Part shown: positions 39,019 to 53,438 of the stretch, in pieces
Layout of the letters: each line of letters opens with the position of its first letter
Position numbering within the stretch: the stretch's first letter is position 1
Origin: Paramecium tetraurelia
Taxonomy: Eukaryota
Reading direction: 5' to 3'
DNA length: 64,000 nt
Assembly: GCA_000165425.1 (NCBI GenBank)
Contig: CT868666.1
Span: 186,001 to 250,000, forward strand
Program-made: the position numbers and the translations under genes
Notes under the pieces: generated by a model
What the model was told of the DNA's origin: nothing
What the model saw: only the letters and a program-made list of their open reading frames with translations
The model's database searches: none

Positions 39019-40015
39019 ATGTTTTAAAGGTTATCTCCAGAGTAAAAACACGAATAAAAAGTTCAAGGTTTGTTACAAATGATAGATTCACAGTTCGAGA
39101 GCATGCATTATTATCAAAGTTCCATAGAAAACCAACCTAATTTCAGAACTGAACCTGACGATTGTTTTGTTGGTAGTCAACAAACTAAAACTGTTAGACA
39201 CTTCAAATCGCAAGATAATATTTCCAAAAGTGCTCTCTCTAATCTCCTAAACCTTGTGGACACAAACATTTTAAGATCTACTAAATTGAATCATTCTAAA
39301 TCCAATACCAATGAGTATAAAATTGTATAATTATCAGTGAGGATTTCCTTCCTAAATATAAAAAGCCTTTGAAAACTGATTGTTCAGTTGGATTTTAAAA
39401 TGACTCATAAGAAGATCGAATCAAGACATAAATGACGAATGTTTCTATTTAAGATGCTTCTGTTTAAACAAAGCCAAAAAAATAAAAAAAATTAGGTTTT
39501 TTCACTTATGAAATCTCTTATATGTCACCTAAATGCAAGAATTGTGGTTCTGAAAAGAAAATGCTAGAAGATAAAAGCATTTAAAATTAAAGAGCTCAAA
39601 GTAATTATGTAAATGCTTTTAAAGAGTATACAAAAAATGAAAGTATATAAAAATGCTTCATCTCGAAATTTAACAACAAGTTTAATTAAATTTAATTATT
39701 TTTAGGAATAAATCAGAGTTTTTAGTAGATCAAAAGATTGAAGATTCATTATTTGGTTAAAATTCTATTGCTTTAGAAAGCAAATATTAGCCAAAGTACT
39801 AATCAAATGGCCCCAAAGATCTATCTTTTCAACAACCAATTAAGAAGAATAAATCTTAGAAGAATTTCACACAAATAGCACAAGATGTTAAAATAATATC
39901 ACCTCCAAAATAAGGATTCTTTATAAATGCAAATATCAAATAACAAAGGAAGGTATTGGCATAACCATACAAACTAATTTCTTAAAAAATGAAATAAAAA
40001 ACATTGATCAGTTGA
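39019..40015 (+). CDS. Hypothetical low-complexity protein
   Basis: ATG 39019; two short introns give a continuous frame to TGA 40013-40015. Confidence 0.55.
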
Positions 40016-40299
40016 CTATTGGTTTTTATAATTTTTATAATTAAATATTAATACTACAAATAATCTTCATTCATCTATTTTTGAAAAACTCTAGAAAACC
40101 TTGTAAACAGTATGAAAAATGATAATGATTTCATGATAATTATTCATTCTCGATTTATGTTATAAATTTATTTAATTTTTATTAAATATTTTTTTATTCC
40201 TATCTTCTTTTATTTTAAATTTACCTAAATTTATTTATAATATTATAGATTTAAAAAATTATGATAATATTTTGCTTTGTGACGAATAATAATTCATGT

Positions 40300-41395
40300 T
40301 CAAGACTACTAACCATGTAAGCCAACAAAGATTTAATACATGGCTTTTCCTAATTAGTATCCAAAATCATTCCAGTTTCCTTACTTCCAGTCATCAACTG
40401 CAGTGAAAATCTAAATTATTAAATTATCATACTTCTCTGTAGATATCTCTACCATTTACGATAAGATCTATTCCAATGTGGAAAGCAAATGATGCTGGAT
40501 TTTGTAAAGCCTTTATTAATTCCCTAAGTTGTTTAGCTAGTTTAGCTGCTTCTTTGATGGAGGCCTTGCATTAGTCTAGTGCTTGAGGGAAATGTTGTAG
40601 ACCATCTCCAAAGATTTAAAGTGATTAAACAACGTTATGTGGTAATCCTGTCTCAAGAAGTCTTATGGATTCTTCAAAATCAATGACCATAAGATTGACT
40701 CCATCTATGCATTGTCTAATGTCTTATCCTTTAATTCCACTTGCATCCAAGATTCCATCCAAAACTCCATCAAAAATGAGCAAGATAACACTTTAATCAT
40801 GAATCACAGCCTCTAAATTTTCTAATTCCAGCATTAATCTGATCATTACAGTACCAAGGTCTCTACCATATTGTTCATAGTTCTCACTTTCCCATTCTAG
40901 TAATGAATTCCCTAATATAATTAAATATGATATTACCTAAGTCTTATGAGATGTTAACACCGTTGATAACGACTTCAACGTTGTCTTGGAAGTGGAATCT
41001 TAATGGATTTCTGAGTTACTCCAACAAATTATTGAAGATTTCTTTTAAGAAATTTAGAAAATTTTACTTGATATTATAATTGTTTCTTATGTTTATTCTT
41101 CCAAGCTGTCAATAGAATCTGGAATCTATTGTAAGGCAACTCCAATCTATCTTACACCCTCCAATATTGATTCTTCTGTAAGTTCGTCTTGAAGATTGAC
41201 TGCATTTTAAAGAATTTCATAGTATTAATTACTTTCAATCTTTGAAAATACTTGATTAATATCTAATTCATTCTAAACTCCAAATGCATCAAAGATTCCC
41301 TTGGTGATTAAATATGCTTCTTATTGATGTGTATTTGCAATTTATGTATTAGAAAACACTAAATAAGCGCAAATCAAGATGATAAATGATTTCAT
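40300..41395 (-). CDS. Secreted protein with two internal repeats (paralog B of 19824-20929)
   Basis: Signal peptide MKSFIILICAYLVFS; HIGIDLIVNGRDIYREIFTAVDDWKQGNWNDFGYQLGKAM nearly identical to paralog A; same three intron positions. Confidence 0.8.
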
Positions 41396-41800
41396 ATTTA
41401 AATATTATAAAATAGTAAAATATCTTCGAAATTTATAAATAGAAAAATTATATAACAAAAAAAATTTACGTAATGACTCTAATTAAGATAATTGTCTTAA
41501 TTAAATTGATACATTTTTAATTTAATGTTATTTTATTATTATGACTTTTATTTAAATTAAACGTTATAATTATTTATTATTGAATTATAATATAGAAATA
41601 GAAGCTATGATGTCATTGGTCCATCAATTATAAAGATATATTTTTGATTCCCTTCTTTAAAAATACTTAATATAAAGCATCATTTGTACTTAAAACAAAT
41701 GAATCTAATTATTTTCATAAATGTTATTTTATATCAGAACATTTTAAGATCCTTATATTGAGGGATATATATGATTAAAACAAAACATATACTAATTAGG

Positions 41801-42655
41801 TCACAATTACTTATGTAAAGATTTTACAGAGAGAGAATTACCGATAATTCTACGAAGAAATCTATTTTATTCTGAATAAGCAGAATGACCACTGGAATTC
41901 GTCTTTTTATGTTGATGATGTAATATTGATCTAGGAGAACACGTTGTTTTTGAATTTATTTTACTCTCGGTTATTATTTTATCAATAATGTTTGTCTTTT
42001 ATAGGGTTTATTTTAAAATAAATTTATTCGTTGTTTCTATAATTAAATGTGAATGTACTCTTTAAGACTTTGACTCGAGGACTTTCTCCTGGGGAACAAC
42101 TAAAGATGCCAGTATGCATAGTTTCAATGCTAGGATCGATCTCTACTTTAGACAACTTCTCCTGTTTAACAACTTTTTAGAGATTTTTGTTGTGTAAATC
42201 CATTCCAGTTTTACTATCCGAATTAACTTCTTATTCCTAATGCCTAAAATCCTTTAATCTTTTATTAAAGGTGCTTATGACATTATTTGTTGGCCCTTGT
42301 TATTTTACAACAATATTTCTAAAAGAATTTTATTGAAGGGAGATTGGATTTTTTTCTAAATAAGAAAACTGATACTTAAATTTTAGACGATTATTTAGGT
42401 AAGTCTCTATTTTTTATGTTGTGGGAATTCAACACTAAGATCATGAAAAATCTTATATTTATTCGAGTAATTTCCAAATTCATCGCATTGCTCAGACTTG
42501 CATCTCATTTTTTCTTGTAATTATTCAAACTTTTTAGGAGTCGAGAAGGAGTTATTATGGAGTGAAGGTTATTATTATTATTTTTCTTATTAATTCTCCT
42601 TTTGTCTCACAGATTCATATTTTAAAAGATGAAATGAAACATTCGACCAATTCAT
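41801..42655 (-). CDS. Hypothetical low-complexity protein
   Basis: MNWSNVSFHLLKYESVRQKENQQEKQQQQPS..; Q/S/K-rich; internal structure not fully traced. Confidence 0.5.
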
Positions 42656-42897
42656 ATTTTAATATTGATATTAAAAAATATTCTAAGTTGATTATATAGC
42701 TTTACTAAAACAAATATGAAATTGTAGCCAGAATGTTAAATTCTACTTTGTCTCTTCTCTTCTCACATCAACTTATCAGAATTTATTGTCATTCATTTAT
42801 GTAACATAATCTTTTAAATTAAAACTTTTCTAACTATTTGATGATAAAATTATGATACAAATATTAAAAATGATATATATATATAATTAAATTTATT

Positions 42898-44003
42898 TCA
42901 AGCAGATGTTGCTGATTCTTCAACTATTTTATTGTTGCTTTCTTGATTTTCACCCTTTGGTTAATCTCTTTCTTCAGGTTTTTCTTCCTATATTTATCCA
43001 TCTTTATTCTCTACAGTTGGTTTAGGTTAGGTTTCCTCTTCAATTTTTTCATTTGGATCACAGCAACTTGAACCTTCTGATTTAGCCTCCTTAATTTCTA
43101 TTTTTTTTGGTTCAATTTCTGATTCATCATAAAGTTTTTGTTGGAATAGTTTAGAATAGATTTCTTTTTCTTTCATCCTAGCTTCCTTCAATAATTATTT
43201 GACTCTTGATAATTCCTCAATTACAGCAGAATTAGTGGAATCCATTTTAAAAGCTTCTCTCAAGTCAGCTAATGCCTCTTCAAGTTCAGCTAACTTAATG
43301 TTGGCAAGAGCTTTTCGATATAAAGCCTTTAACTTTTATTATTGATTAGTTTTTAGTTCAAGAGCTTTCTTAGCATAATCTAAGGAATCCTTGTATTCTT
43401 CTAACTAATAACAGCAAATTGATAAATTAAGTTGTAAACTAGCTTTCAATTCATTGCCCTCATCAGTGGTTAAAGTACAATAGGAAAGAGCATTCTTGTA
43501 AATCTTCTCAGCTTCCTTGAAGTTTTATTGTTTAAAGGCTGCTGTTCCTTTGGTTCTTTTATTAATGGCTTCTTAATGCTTTTCTTCAGGAGTCATTTCC
43601 CTAAGCAAATAATTAAATTCAAATACCATTTCTTCTTTTTAGCCTGTTTAAAATTAATTAATTCTATTTCATAAGTCAGATTAGCATTCTTAGGAACATT
43701 TTTAAAGGAATCTCCTTCATCACCATAACCATAACTTGGTGTAATCTTCAATTCAGCCTTCTCTCCAACCTTCATTGATTTTAAGGCAATATCAAGTCCT
43801 TTTATTAGCTCCTCCTTTCCAATTCTGTACTTATAGGGACTCTCTTTGTCCAATGAAGAGTCAAACACAGTTCCATCTTCCAAAGTTCCTTTATATAGAA
43901 TTTTGCATCTTGATCCATCAATTGGCATTTCTCCTTAACCTTCTTGGAGAATGCGTTTTTTAACTCCGGCGTCTTCAACTAAATTAGTGAATTCTGTTTC
44001 CAT
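42898..44003 (-). CDS. FKBP-type peptidyl-prolyl isomerase with TPR domain (Hsp90 co-chaperone type)
   Basis: YKGTLEDGTVFDSS..LIKGLDIALKSMKVGEKAELKITPSYGYG..VPKNANLTYEIEL, then TPRs (KALYRKALA). Confidence 0.93.
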
Positions 44004-44127
44004 TTTATATATTTAATGACTTGTGAAAGAGTAGAGTTTTCAACTCAAAAATATGAATTTTTCTCGAAATAGATTTTTCTATAAATTTCTAGAAATAATG
44101 TAACGAAGAATTTAATAAATTAATCAA

Positions 44128-45474
44128 TCATACATCAATGAATTCATTTATGATAGTGAATAGTTCCTATGGCTTATCTCGTGGAACCTGATGACCAGCA
44201 TCATTGATAATCGCGAAGCCAAGATTGCCAACCATTTTTTTATACCCGATGGTTCTATTATTAAATTAAATGGTATTAAAGTTTTAATTTAGGAACTCAT
44301 TTCTCTCCTTGTAATGAATCCTATTAATCCACCTCTGGGTTCCGGAATTAGTGCATAGAGCATCATTCTATCCATTATAAATAAAGACTGGAAATTTGGA
44401 AACAATGAATTCCAATTTTTGAATTGCGTCACTCTATCCGATATTGTCTTTTAAGGCCAAATACACATCGCCTTATTTCTCATATTCATTTTATGTCAAA
44501 GTGAAAGTGACAGCCAATGGAAATTTAAATAAGTTCTTGACTGCCTCTGAATTCAAATAGGATTCCAACTTTTAATTTTGTTTAGCATATGATCCAAACT
44601 TTCGAATGTTTTAATAATTCATTCCTCCACTCATTTTTGTTAATTCTGTAAAATAAGCTTATAAATTATCTGATACTTTTGAGAATTCCTCACTTTTGAT
44701 ATTGTGAATTGTTTTTAATAGGATTTTGTCTAATTTTTATCTCTCTTAAAGATCAATTAAGCCTAAGTTAAATGCGTATGAACTCATTTCACTTATTATG
44801 GCTGTTGGTTCAGTCCAAGGGTTGCCTAAAATAACTCCTTAAACGTTTACAATAGGTTCCTATTATTTCAAAAGATCATAAACAATTGCAGGTATATATT
44901 TTCCAGCATAGCTTTCCCCAGCAAAAAACCACTTCGATTCCTTTGATAATTCTTAGAGTTGACACTTCCCTATAAATGATGCCAAAGCGTAATTGAATTA
45001 TTATGCAATTTCATCTAAATTGTTAGGTATTTCATCTTTTGTGTAGGCGTAGGAATAGCCAACTCCGATTGGTTAATCGACAAAGAGCATATTGAACCTA
45101 GTATTCCAAGAGTATTGATTCTTCTCTAATTTCTCCTTTTCGTTAAAATTTATTGGTCCCAAGCCAAAATAATTCCCCAATTGTGATGAAGTTCCAGGAC
45201 CGCCATTGAACCAAACGATTGTGTTATAGTTGTTTAATTGCTATTACCATGAGTAACATAAATTTACTTATAAATTTGATGCATATTGCGAACCATAGAA
45301 TATGAAAGCCAAATATGAATGGGAGTCATCTTTCACTGGCAATTAGCCTGATAGTATGTATTAGTTCACAGGCAAAGAGTCGTGTATTTATTTAGACAAT
45401 ATCTTGTGGCAGAGTGGTTCGAATTAGTTTGATAGAGTCAAGAGATTCAATATTCCAATAATTTATAAATACAT
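44128..45474 (-). CDS. Serine carboxypeptidase, peptidase family S10
   Basis: WFNGGPGTSS, FVDQPIGVGYS, GESYAG (Ser), YNGQND (Asp), AGHQVP (His); signal peptide. Confidence 0.92.
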
Positions 45475-45636
45475 GTTAATTTTATATATTATATGATTTT
45501 TGATGATAATATCAAATGTGTTTAGTACTCAATTTTAGGAAAATTAGAGAAAAAGTATTTGGAATTAGAAAATATTAAAACAATATGAAATTATTAGCAC
45601 ATATTAAATATTTATTGATAATATTAATATATACAG

Positions 45637-47724
45637 ATGCCTCCTGTGCTATCTAAGATCTTGGATGTGAAACAGTTCATGTTGAAATCAACAAAGCGAA
45701 AAGTATGAACAAATCGATAATTTAACTAGGTGATCTCAGGAGCCGTAATTGCAGTCATTCTATATTTACTTAAAATCAGATTGACCAAATCAAAGACTGA
45801 AAATATGAAAGTCAAGAGAGATGAAAAAAAGGGAAAAGGCAATGTCGATCGTATGTTCTTGAAGAGGATTTTGAAACTACTCAAAATTGTTATCCCAAGG
45901 CTGAACTCACCAGAAATATTGGACTTGGTATTGCTTACGTAACATATTCTCTAAGTAATAGAGCATCACTAGTGGCAAGGACATTTTTAAGTATCTACGT
46001 AGCTAATGTGAATGGGCAAATAGTCAGAGCAATCATCGAATAAAACCTAAATATGTTTTTGTAGAGGATCCTGAAATTGGGAGTTGTCGCAATTCCTGCC
46101 TCCTTTGTGAACTCCTTCCTGGATTATTTGAACAAATCCTTAGCAATAAGATTCAGAAAAAGATTAACCTCACATTTCCATGACATCTATCTTAATGATA
46201 TGATTTTCTATTAATTGAGCAATTTAGACAGTCGAGTTGCTAATCCTGATCAAAGATTAACTGCCGATATTGAAAAATGGGCTAACTCATTGTCTTAAAT
46301 ATACTCCAATTTTTCTAAACCTGTTTTAGATATTATTTTGTTCTCCAGAAAATTGGCTGAATTGGTTGGATATTAAGGACCTATGTATGTCATTTTGTAT
46401 TATCTGATATCTGGGTTTTTATTAAGATTCTTAAGTCCACCTTTTGGTAAATTGACTGCTATTGAGTAGAGATTGGAAGGAGATTATAGAGCTTGTCATA
46501 GTGATTTAGTTTATCACAGTGAAGAAATTGCATTCTATAGAGGACATGCTTGGGAAAAGACAAGGATCACAAATTCATTCAATAATTTGATTGGACACAC
46601 AGGATAGATCATATTGAAAAGATTATATATGGGGGTTTTCGATAGTATGTTGGTGAAGTATGGAGCTGTGATGGTTGGTTATGCAGTAGTGGGTTTGCCT
46701 GTATTTGGAAGTAGAAGAGTGGAGTATTTGAAGAGTGTTAATAATGATCCTTCAGCAATCACAAGGGATTACGTTAGAAATTCATCTCTATTGATTAATT
46801 TAGCCAAGGCTATTGGAAGATTGGTGGTTTCATATAAGGAAATCTAATAATTGGCAGGATACACAACCTTGGTGGCTGAATTAGATGAAGTATTGAAGGA
46901 CTTGATAAATGGTAAGTACATGAGAACTATGTTGTAAAGTAATGAGAATTAGCCAGGATATTTTGCATAGAAGCAATCATTGGTTTCAATGAATAGAGGT
47001 TAGATAGTTGAAACTGAAAACACAATCAAATTTGAAGAAGTCCCCATTATATCACCAAATAATGATATCTTGGCATAAAAGATGACATTTGAAGTAAGAC
47101 AAATAGTTATTTCTTAGATTCAACCAAATATGAATTGCATTGTGACTGGTCCAAATGGATGCGGAAAATCATCATTATTCAGAATTTTGGGTGGTTTATG
47201 GCCAATCTCAAGTGGTAAGTTATATAGACCTCATATTGATAAATTATTCTACATTCCTTAAAGACCTTATTTGCCTGCTGGAACATTGAGGGATCAAATT
47301 ATCTATCCACACACAAAATTACAAATGTTGAGAAAGAAAGTGACTGATGATGACTTAACAGAATTATTGAGATTAGTGCATTTGGATTATTTAGTTGTAA
47401 GAGAAGGAGGGTATGATAAATGCAATGATTGGAATGATGTGTTGAGTGGTGGTGAAAAGCAAAGAATTGCTATGGCCCGACTCTTCTATCACAAACCAGT
47501 GTTTGCCATCTTAGGTATATTGATATTTGTTATTCTCAGATGAGTGCACCAGTGCAGTGTCAATGGATGTTGAGGCTACCTTGTATTAGACTGCCAAGAT
47601 GTTGGGTATCACTCTCTTCACAGTAAGTCACAGACCTTCATTGTTCAAACATCATGATTATATGATCTAGTTTGATGGAGAACAAGGATGGAATTTCAAA
47701 AAAATAGAGCATAGTTCAGAATGA
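45637..47724 (+). CDS. Peroxisomal ABC half-transporter, ABCD (PMP70/ABCD3-like)
   Basis: [61 protein letters not shown]. Confidence 0.95.
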
Positions 47725-47752
47725 TAAATAATAAAATATATATAATAGTAAT

Positions 47753-49383
47753 ATGTCTAGAATTAGTGATTTTGAAATACTCAGCCGTTTGGGTGAGGGT
47801 TCCTATAGTTAAGTTTACAAAGTAATCAGGAGGTCGGATCAACAAATTTATGCCATGAAGAAAGTTAAACTTTTCGATTTGAAGGAAAAAGAAAAAGAAA
47901 ATGCTCTCAACGAAGTTAGAATATTGGCTTCATTCGACGATCCCAATATTATTAATTACAAGGATGCTTTTATCGATGATAATATGCTATACATAATTAT
48001 GGAGTTCGCCACCTAAGGGGATTTGCAGAATAAAATCAAACAGGCTGGTAATCAATTATTCCCTGAAACTGAAATATGGAAGGCTTTATTATAAATTACA
48101 AAAGGGTATTACGCATCATTTAATGTAGTCTCAAGAAATTACATGACAATAAAATTGTTCATAGAGATTTAAAAACTGCCAATATATTTATATCCAATGG
48201 CAATTATAAACTGGGAGATTTGAATGTCTCCAAAGTCACTAAGAAAGGACTTGCCTATACATAAACAGGAACTCCTTATTATGCAAGTCCAGAAGTATGG
48301 AGAAACGAAGCATACAACTCTATGAGTGATATCTGGAGTCTGGGATGTGTGATCTATGAAATGGCTTCACTTAAACTACCTTTCAAGGCTCCCGACTTAT
48401 AAGCATTATGCAATAAAATATAAAGAGGACTCTTTGAATGCTTGCCTAAACAATATTCCAGAGATTTATAATAAATCATCGTTCAAATGGTCTAAGTCCA
48501 TCCCATGAAGAGATTGTCATGCAATCAAATTTTACAATCTCCTCTACTCATCAACAATTTAAAAGTAGTCCCACTCATTGAAAAATAAACCTCCAAAGCA
48601 GAATTATTATAAACAATCAAATTACAACAAATCCAACTCCCCAAATCCAATTACAAGGAAGAACCTATCAAAAAAAGTTCTGAGTAACCTAAACTCAATC
48701 AAAGAGCTCACAGTGCATGTATTCAATTTATAAATTTATTAGTACCTGGATAAATTAAAGACAGGAACTTATCACCAATTAATAATTAAGCAAACTATCC
48801 ATCTGTTCCCAGAAAAAAAGGAGAACCACCCTCTACTCCCAGTACTAGAATTCAAAGTAGTATTCCAAGTTAAAGAGAGAAAGAAAAAATTCTTTAAGAA
48901 TAACTGAAAATAGAAATCAAAAAAGAATAACAAAAATTAATTGATTAAAGGCAATCTATCAAAACTAGCAATCAACCTATAGCCACTGAAGCTATTCGTC
49001 AATAGATTATTCAATCACACAGGAAGGAAGATCAAAAAAATGGTGATTAACTGTAAAACTAAAGATAAAAATCAGTTGACACTAAAAAAGAAAGACTCAT
49101 TGTTTCTGCATAACCCAAACAATAAATATATTAGACTGTTTAAGCCTAAGAAACACAATATCAGACTCAGCCTTCAGAATTTATTGTTGCAGGATTAAAG
49201 AATGTTAATCCTCAATCAATTCAGTCGATTTTATGTCAACCCGTCTTAGAAATTGGTGAAAGTCCTTTTCCACAAAGAGCCAAGGTTAAAAAATAAGAAT
49301 AAATTAATAATCACTAACATTATTTTCCAATCTAAGAGGAGTTATCTGATCGCAAAATAGTTAAAGGAAAAACTAATATATGA
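47753..49383 (+). CDS. NIMA-related (NEK) Ser/Thr kinase
   Basis: [59 protein letters not shown]. Confidence 0.93.
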
Positions 49384-49862
49384 ATACAAATAAAATATTA
49401 ATTCATTATAAAACTCAATCATAACTGATTTTAATATGAAACCTCAACTATCTCATGATAATTATATAAAATTAAATTTTATAACTTTCCTCAAAATTAT
49501 TCTATTTTATTATAAAATAATAGATTATTATCATCAGTTAAACTATTTTCCTCTTTTGATTGTTACAAGACTCTATTTCAAATTTTAATAATTATATACT
49601 ATACTATGCTTACTTTACAATTATTTATTTTTGGAAATATTTTGTTATTATTCTCAAATTCTCATCACATTATTCTAAATCAATAATCTTAGAACCTAAA
49701 ATATTCTGGGATTGCTTTCTCACTTAATTTTTATTTATCTAAGCCCAAGTCATTTAATATTTCTTTAATTGTTATGTTGATTTAAAGCAATATAACATAA
49801 GCATATTTATTATTTAAATTGATTTAAAATACTGCATTTTAGATAAATTAAATTATTTTAAT

Positions 49863-51960
49863 ATGTCAGACAGAGTGACCAGAAAAGGAAATAGCTAACC
49901 ACAAAAGGAAGAACCAAAACAAGCTAAGAAGTAAAAGGTGTAAAAGGAGAGTTATGACCTTGTACAGTTATAGGATATAGGTAATGGAGTGATATATAAA
50001 TAATAGCTCATCAATTGAGGATACACTCAATTGAGATGACCATTGCATCTAATTCTGGACATCCAACATCCTGTGCATCGATGGCAGAGATCCTGGCAGT
50101 ACTATTTTTCACAAAGGCAGGAATGCATTATAATCCAAAGGATCCAGGAGTACTTAGTGATATTGATTTTAGAATTTCGGAAACGATAGATTTGTTTTAT
50201 CGAAGGGTCATGCAGCTCCAATTTTGTATGCTGCTTGGTCGATGGTTGGTTATATTGAGGGAAAGGAATTATTAAATTTGAGAAAGATCGATTCACTTTT
50301 GGAAGGTCATCCAGTTCCAAAGTAAATGATGTTTGTATAAATATAATAGATTGCCTTTTGTCGATGTTGCAACAGGATCCTTGGGATAGGGATTATCAGT
50401 TGCAGGTGGGATGGCTTATTCATCAAAATTCTTGGACAAAATAAACAATAGATACTGGGTGTTGATGGGAGATGGGGAGATTGCTGAGGGATCAGTGTGG
50501 GAAGCAGCTCATTTAGCAAGTCATTACAAATTGGACAACCTTACAGCAATTGTAGATGTAAATAGATTGGGACAATCTGAAGAGACCTCAATTGGACATG
50601 ATATTACTGTTTATAAGAAGAGATGGGAGGCATTTGGATGGAAGACCATTGTGGTTGATGGACACAATTTGAATTTATTAACTGATGCTTTTGAATAAGT
50701 AAGTGATTCCAGAAATATTGTTTCTAGTGTAGAAATGTGAAGAATTAACCACAAGTTATAATTGCCAAAACATTCAAAGGCAAATATTTGGAAATGGAGA
50801 ACAAAGAGGATTGGCATGGAAAACCAGTGCCATAAGCATAAGTGGAGTTCGTCAAAAAACAAATGAAGTAATAGGGTGGATTCACACTCACTCCAGAGGT
50901 TCCAACATAAATTGAAAAACCTTAATAAAGTCATTTCACATTAGAAATCAATTACCCAGTGGATGGCAAGTAATCAACAAGGGAAGCATACGGAAAAGCT
51001 TTGGTGGGTTTGAGTAAAACAGATGCTAATTAACAAATTGTGGCAGTAGATGGAGATACTAAAAATTCAACCTTCTCAATTAAATACAAAGAGGCAGTCC
51101 CAACCAATTTTGTAGAGTGTTTCATAGCTGAATAAAATATGGTCGGTTGGGCTTAAGGATTCAGTTGCAGAGGAAAGGTTGCATTCGCATCTACATTTGC
51201 TGCTTTCTTTGCAAGAGCCTTTGATCAAATAAGAATGGGAGGAATCAGTGAATCTCAAGTCAAATATGTTGGATCACATGCTGGTGTTTCAATTGGTGAA
51301 GATGGACCATCCTAAATGGGTTTGGAAGATATTGCCTTATTCAGAACAATCCCAAATTGCGTTGTTTTGTATCCATCTGATGGAGTCTCTGCTGAAAGAG
51401 CCATTGAACTAGTTGCCAATCACAAGTCTCCTTGTTATGTTAGAATGAGCAGACCCTCATTGCCCATTTTGTATCCCAATAATGAAGTCTTCGAGATTGG
51501 AAAGTAAATTCTATTTTGAGTATTCGTTTTAGATCCAAAATCTTAAGACATCATGATGATGACAAGATATTGTTGATTGGTGGAGGTGTGACCACTCATG
51601 AAATATTTAAAGCAGCCAAATAATTGAGTGAATAAGACAAGATAAATGTCACAGTTTTGGACTTATTCTCAGTTAAACCCATTGATCATGATGGCATCCT
51701 TAATGCTGCCAATAAAACTGCTTTGAAAACCATACTAGTCGTAGAAGATCACTATAGTGAAGGAGGTCTGTTCGGTATTACCTATTATGTTATCATTTTT
51801 AGAGGCTGTATCATCCTCTTTGAGTTTGAACAACGAGGTCAAGATACACTCGATCCATGTAGATAAAGTGGCGAAGAGTGGCACTCCAGCATAAATGTTA
51901 TCCTTGTATCATTTGGATGCTGCAGGTATTGTTGCTAGAGTCAAATCAATTATTTAATGA
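49863..51960 (+). CDS. TKT: Transketolase
   Basis: [65 protein letters not shown]; multiple tiny introns. Confidence 0.95.
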
Positions 51961-51998
51961 CAAATCATAACATCATAAATAACAGCAAAATATTCAAT

Positions 51999-53281
51999 TC
52001 AATTCAATTCTATTAATTAGTTTATGAATCCTTCATTTATACAAACCACTTCTCTACATTCCTTTACGAATTCATATGCCTTCTCAAATCCCCAATTAAA
52101 CTTCCTCATTAAATACATCACTATAAAACAAGCTGATCTCGACTTCCCCTATGCACAATGAACAAACACCTATTTTATTACAATCTCCTTCTTACTTTCC
52201 CATTCTCCATTAATGCATTCTCTATAAATTAATAAACCTCCTCAAAATACTGTTTAACATCAATATGAGGCTCATCATATATTTTAACGTTCAAATACTT
52301 TACTAAAATCAATAACTTCATTCTTACATTAATCACTGTAATTCTTGATCTCGATAGTTGCATTTACAACATGCGTTATCCCTAAAATATCTATCAGCAT
52401 TTCTGTATCCTTTGCATGATCACCTCCTCCCAAGTACAATTTGTTCTCTATTATTTCATTTGGAAATGTCTTATCCAAGAATCCCCTATTTTTGGTTATC
52501 TCATAATTTAAAAATGAATGATTTCCAAATACTATTTAAATCGGATCCAATATTATAAACAACTGCCTAACCTTATCCTTATGGAAAATCTCGTAGATCT
52601 TTAAGGTTACTCCAAATAATTCTGAATTCATGTGCAAACTGCCTTATCCAGATCCAACGTATTTTGGTTAACTTGCGGATCTCTATTTTATTTTTGGACC
52701 ATTAGAAATTGTTATCTCTTTAAATTTAAATTAATAGGCTTACCCTGTAATTCTATGACCTTCTTACTAGAAACTATACTCTGATGCTTTTTGAGATGAA
52801 GTATCGTTTATTAGGAATCTGAATCAACTAATTCATCATCATCATCTTACATTACCATGGTATATGCTCTACTCTTTATTTTATGCTTCTTTTTGTATGG
52901 CAATTTCTTTGTGATGTCATGCCACCACTTAGTCACTGTTTCTAAAGAAAGACTAAACTAATCAGAAATTTCAGATCCTTCTCCCTTAACTCTATCCTTC
53001 AATAGTAAACTGAACATATCAGATGTGTCAAATGGAACGAAGAAATTGTAATTCCTCCTTCTAGTTTGAAACAATCTCTCCAACTTCCTCTATTCAGATT
53101 ATTATTCAGGATACTAAAAGTATTTTTATACATCCTCCACATTCTCCACCTGGTGTACATAAGGAACATGAATACTATTTTTCAAATAACCATGCTGATG
53201 TTCTCTTAGATCATAAACAATGAAAGGAAACTTTTGAGAAATGTTGAAAAAGTATTAAGGAGTACAAAAATGTATTTGCAT
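51999..53281 (-). CDS. Dual-specificity phosphatase with N-terminal rhodanese-like domain (MKP-like)
   Basis: IVYDLRE..GYLKNSIHV at N-terminus; LYLGG, VHCAQGKSRSA, INEGFINQL at C-terminus; start could be 53317. Confidence 0.85.
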
Positions 53282-53438
53282 AACTTTATAAAATTAATCA
53301 TATTCTCTACTTTTCATGAACCAATCAAAAAGGTATTTATATAATTGTTAAAACCCCTAAACTCATATCCAAGACCCCTTTTGTTTCCTCCCCCCACTTA
53401 TAAATTAGTTTAATTAAGTAATTAATACACATAAAAAC

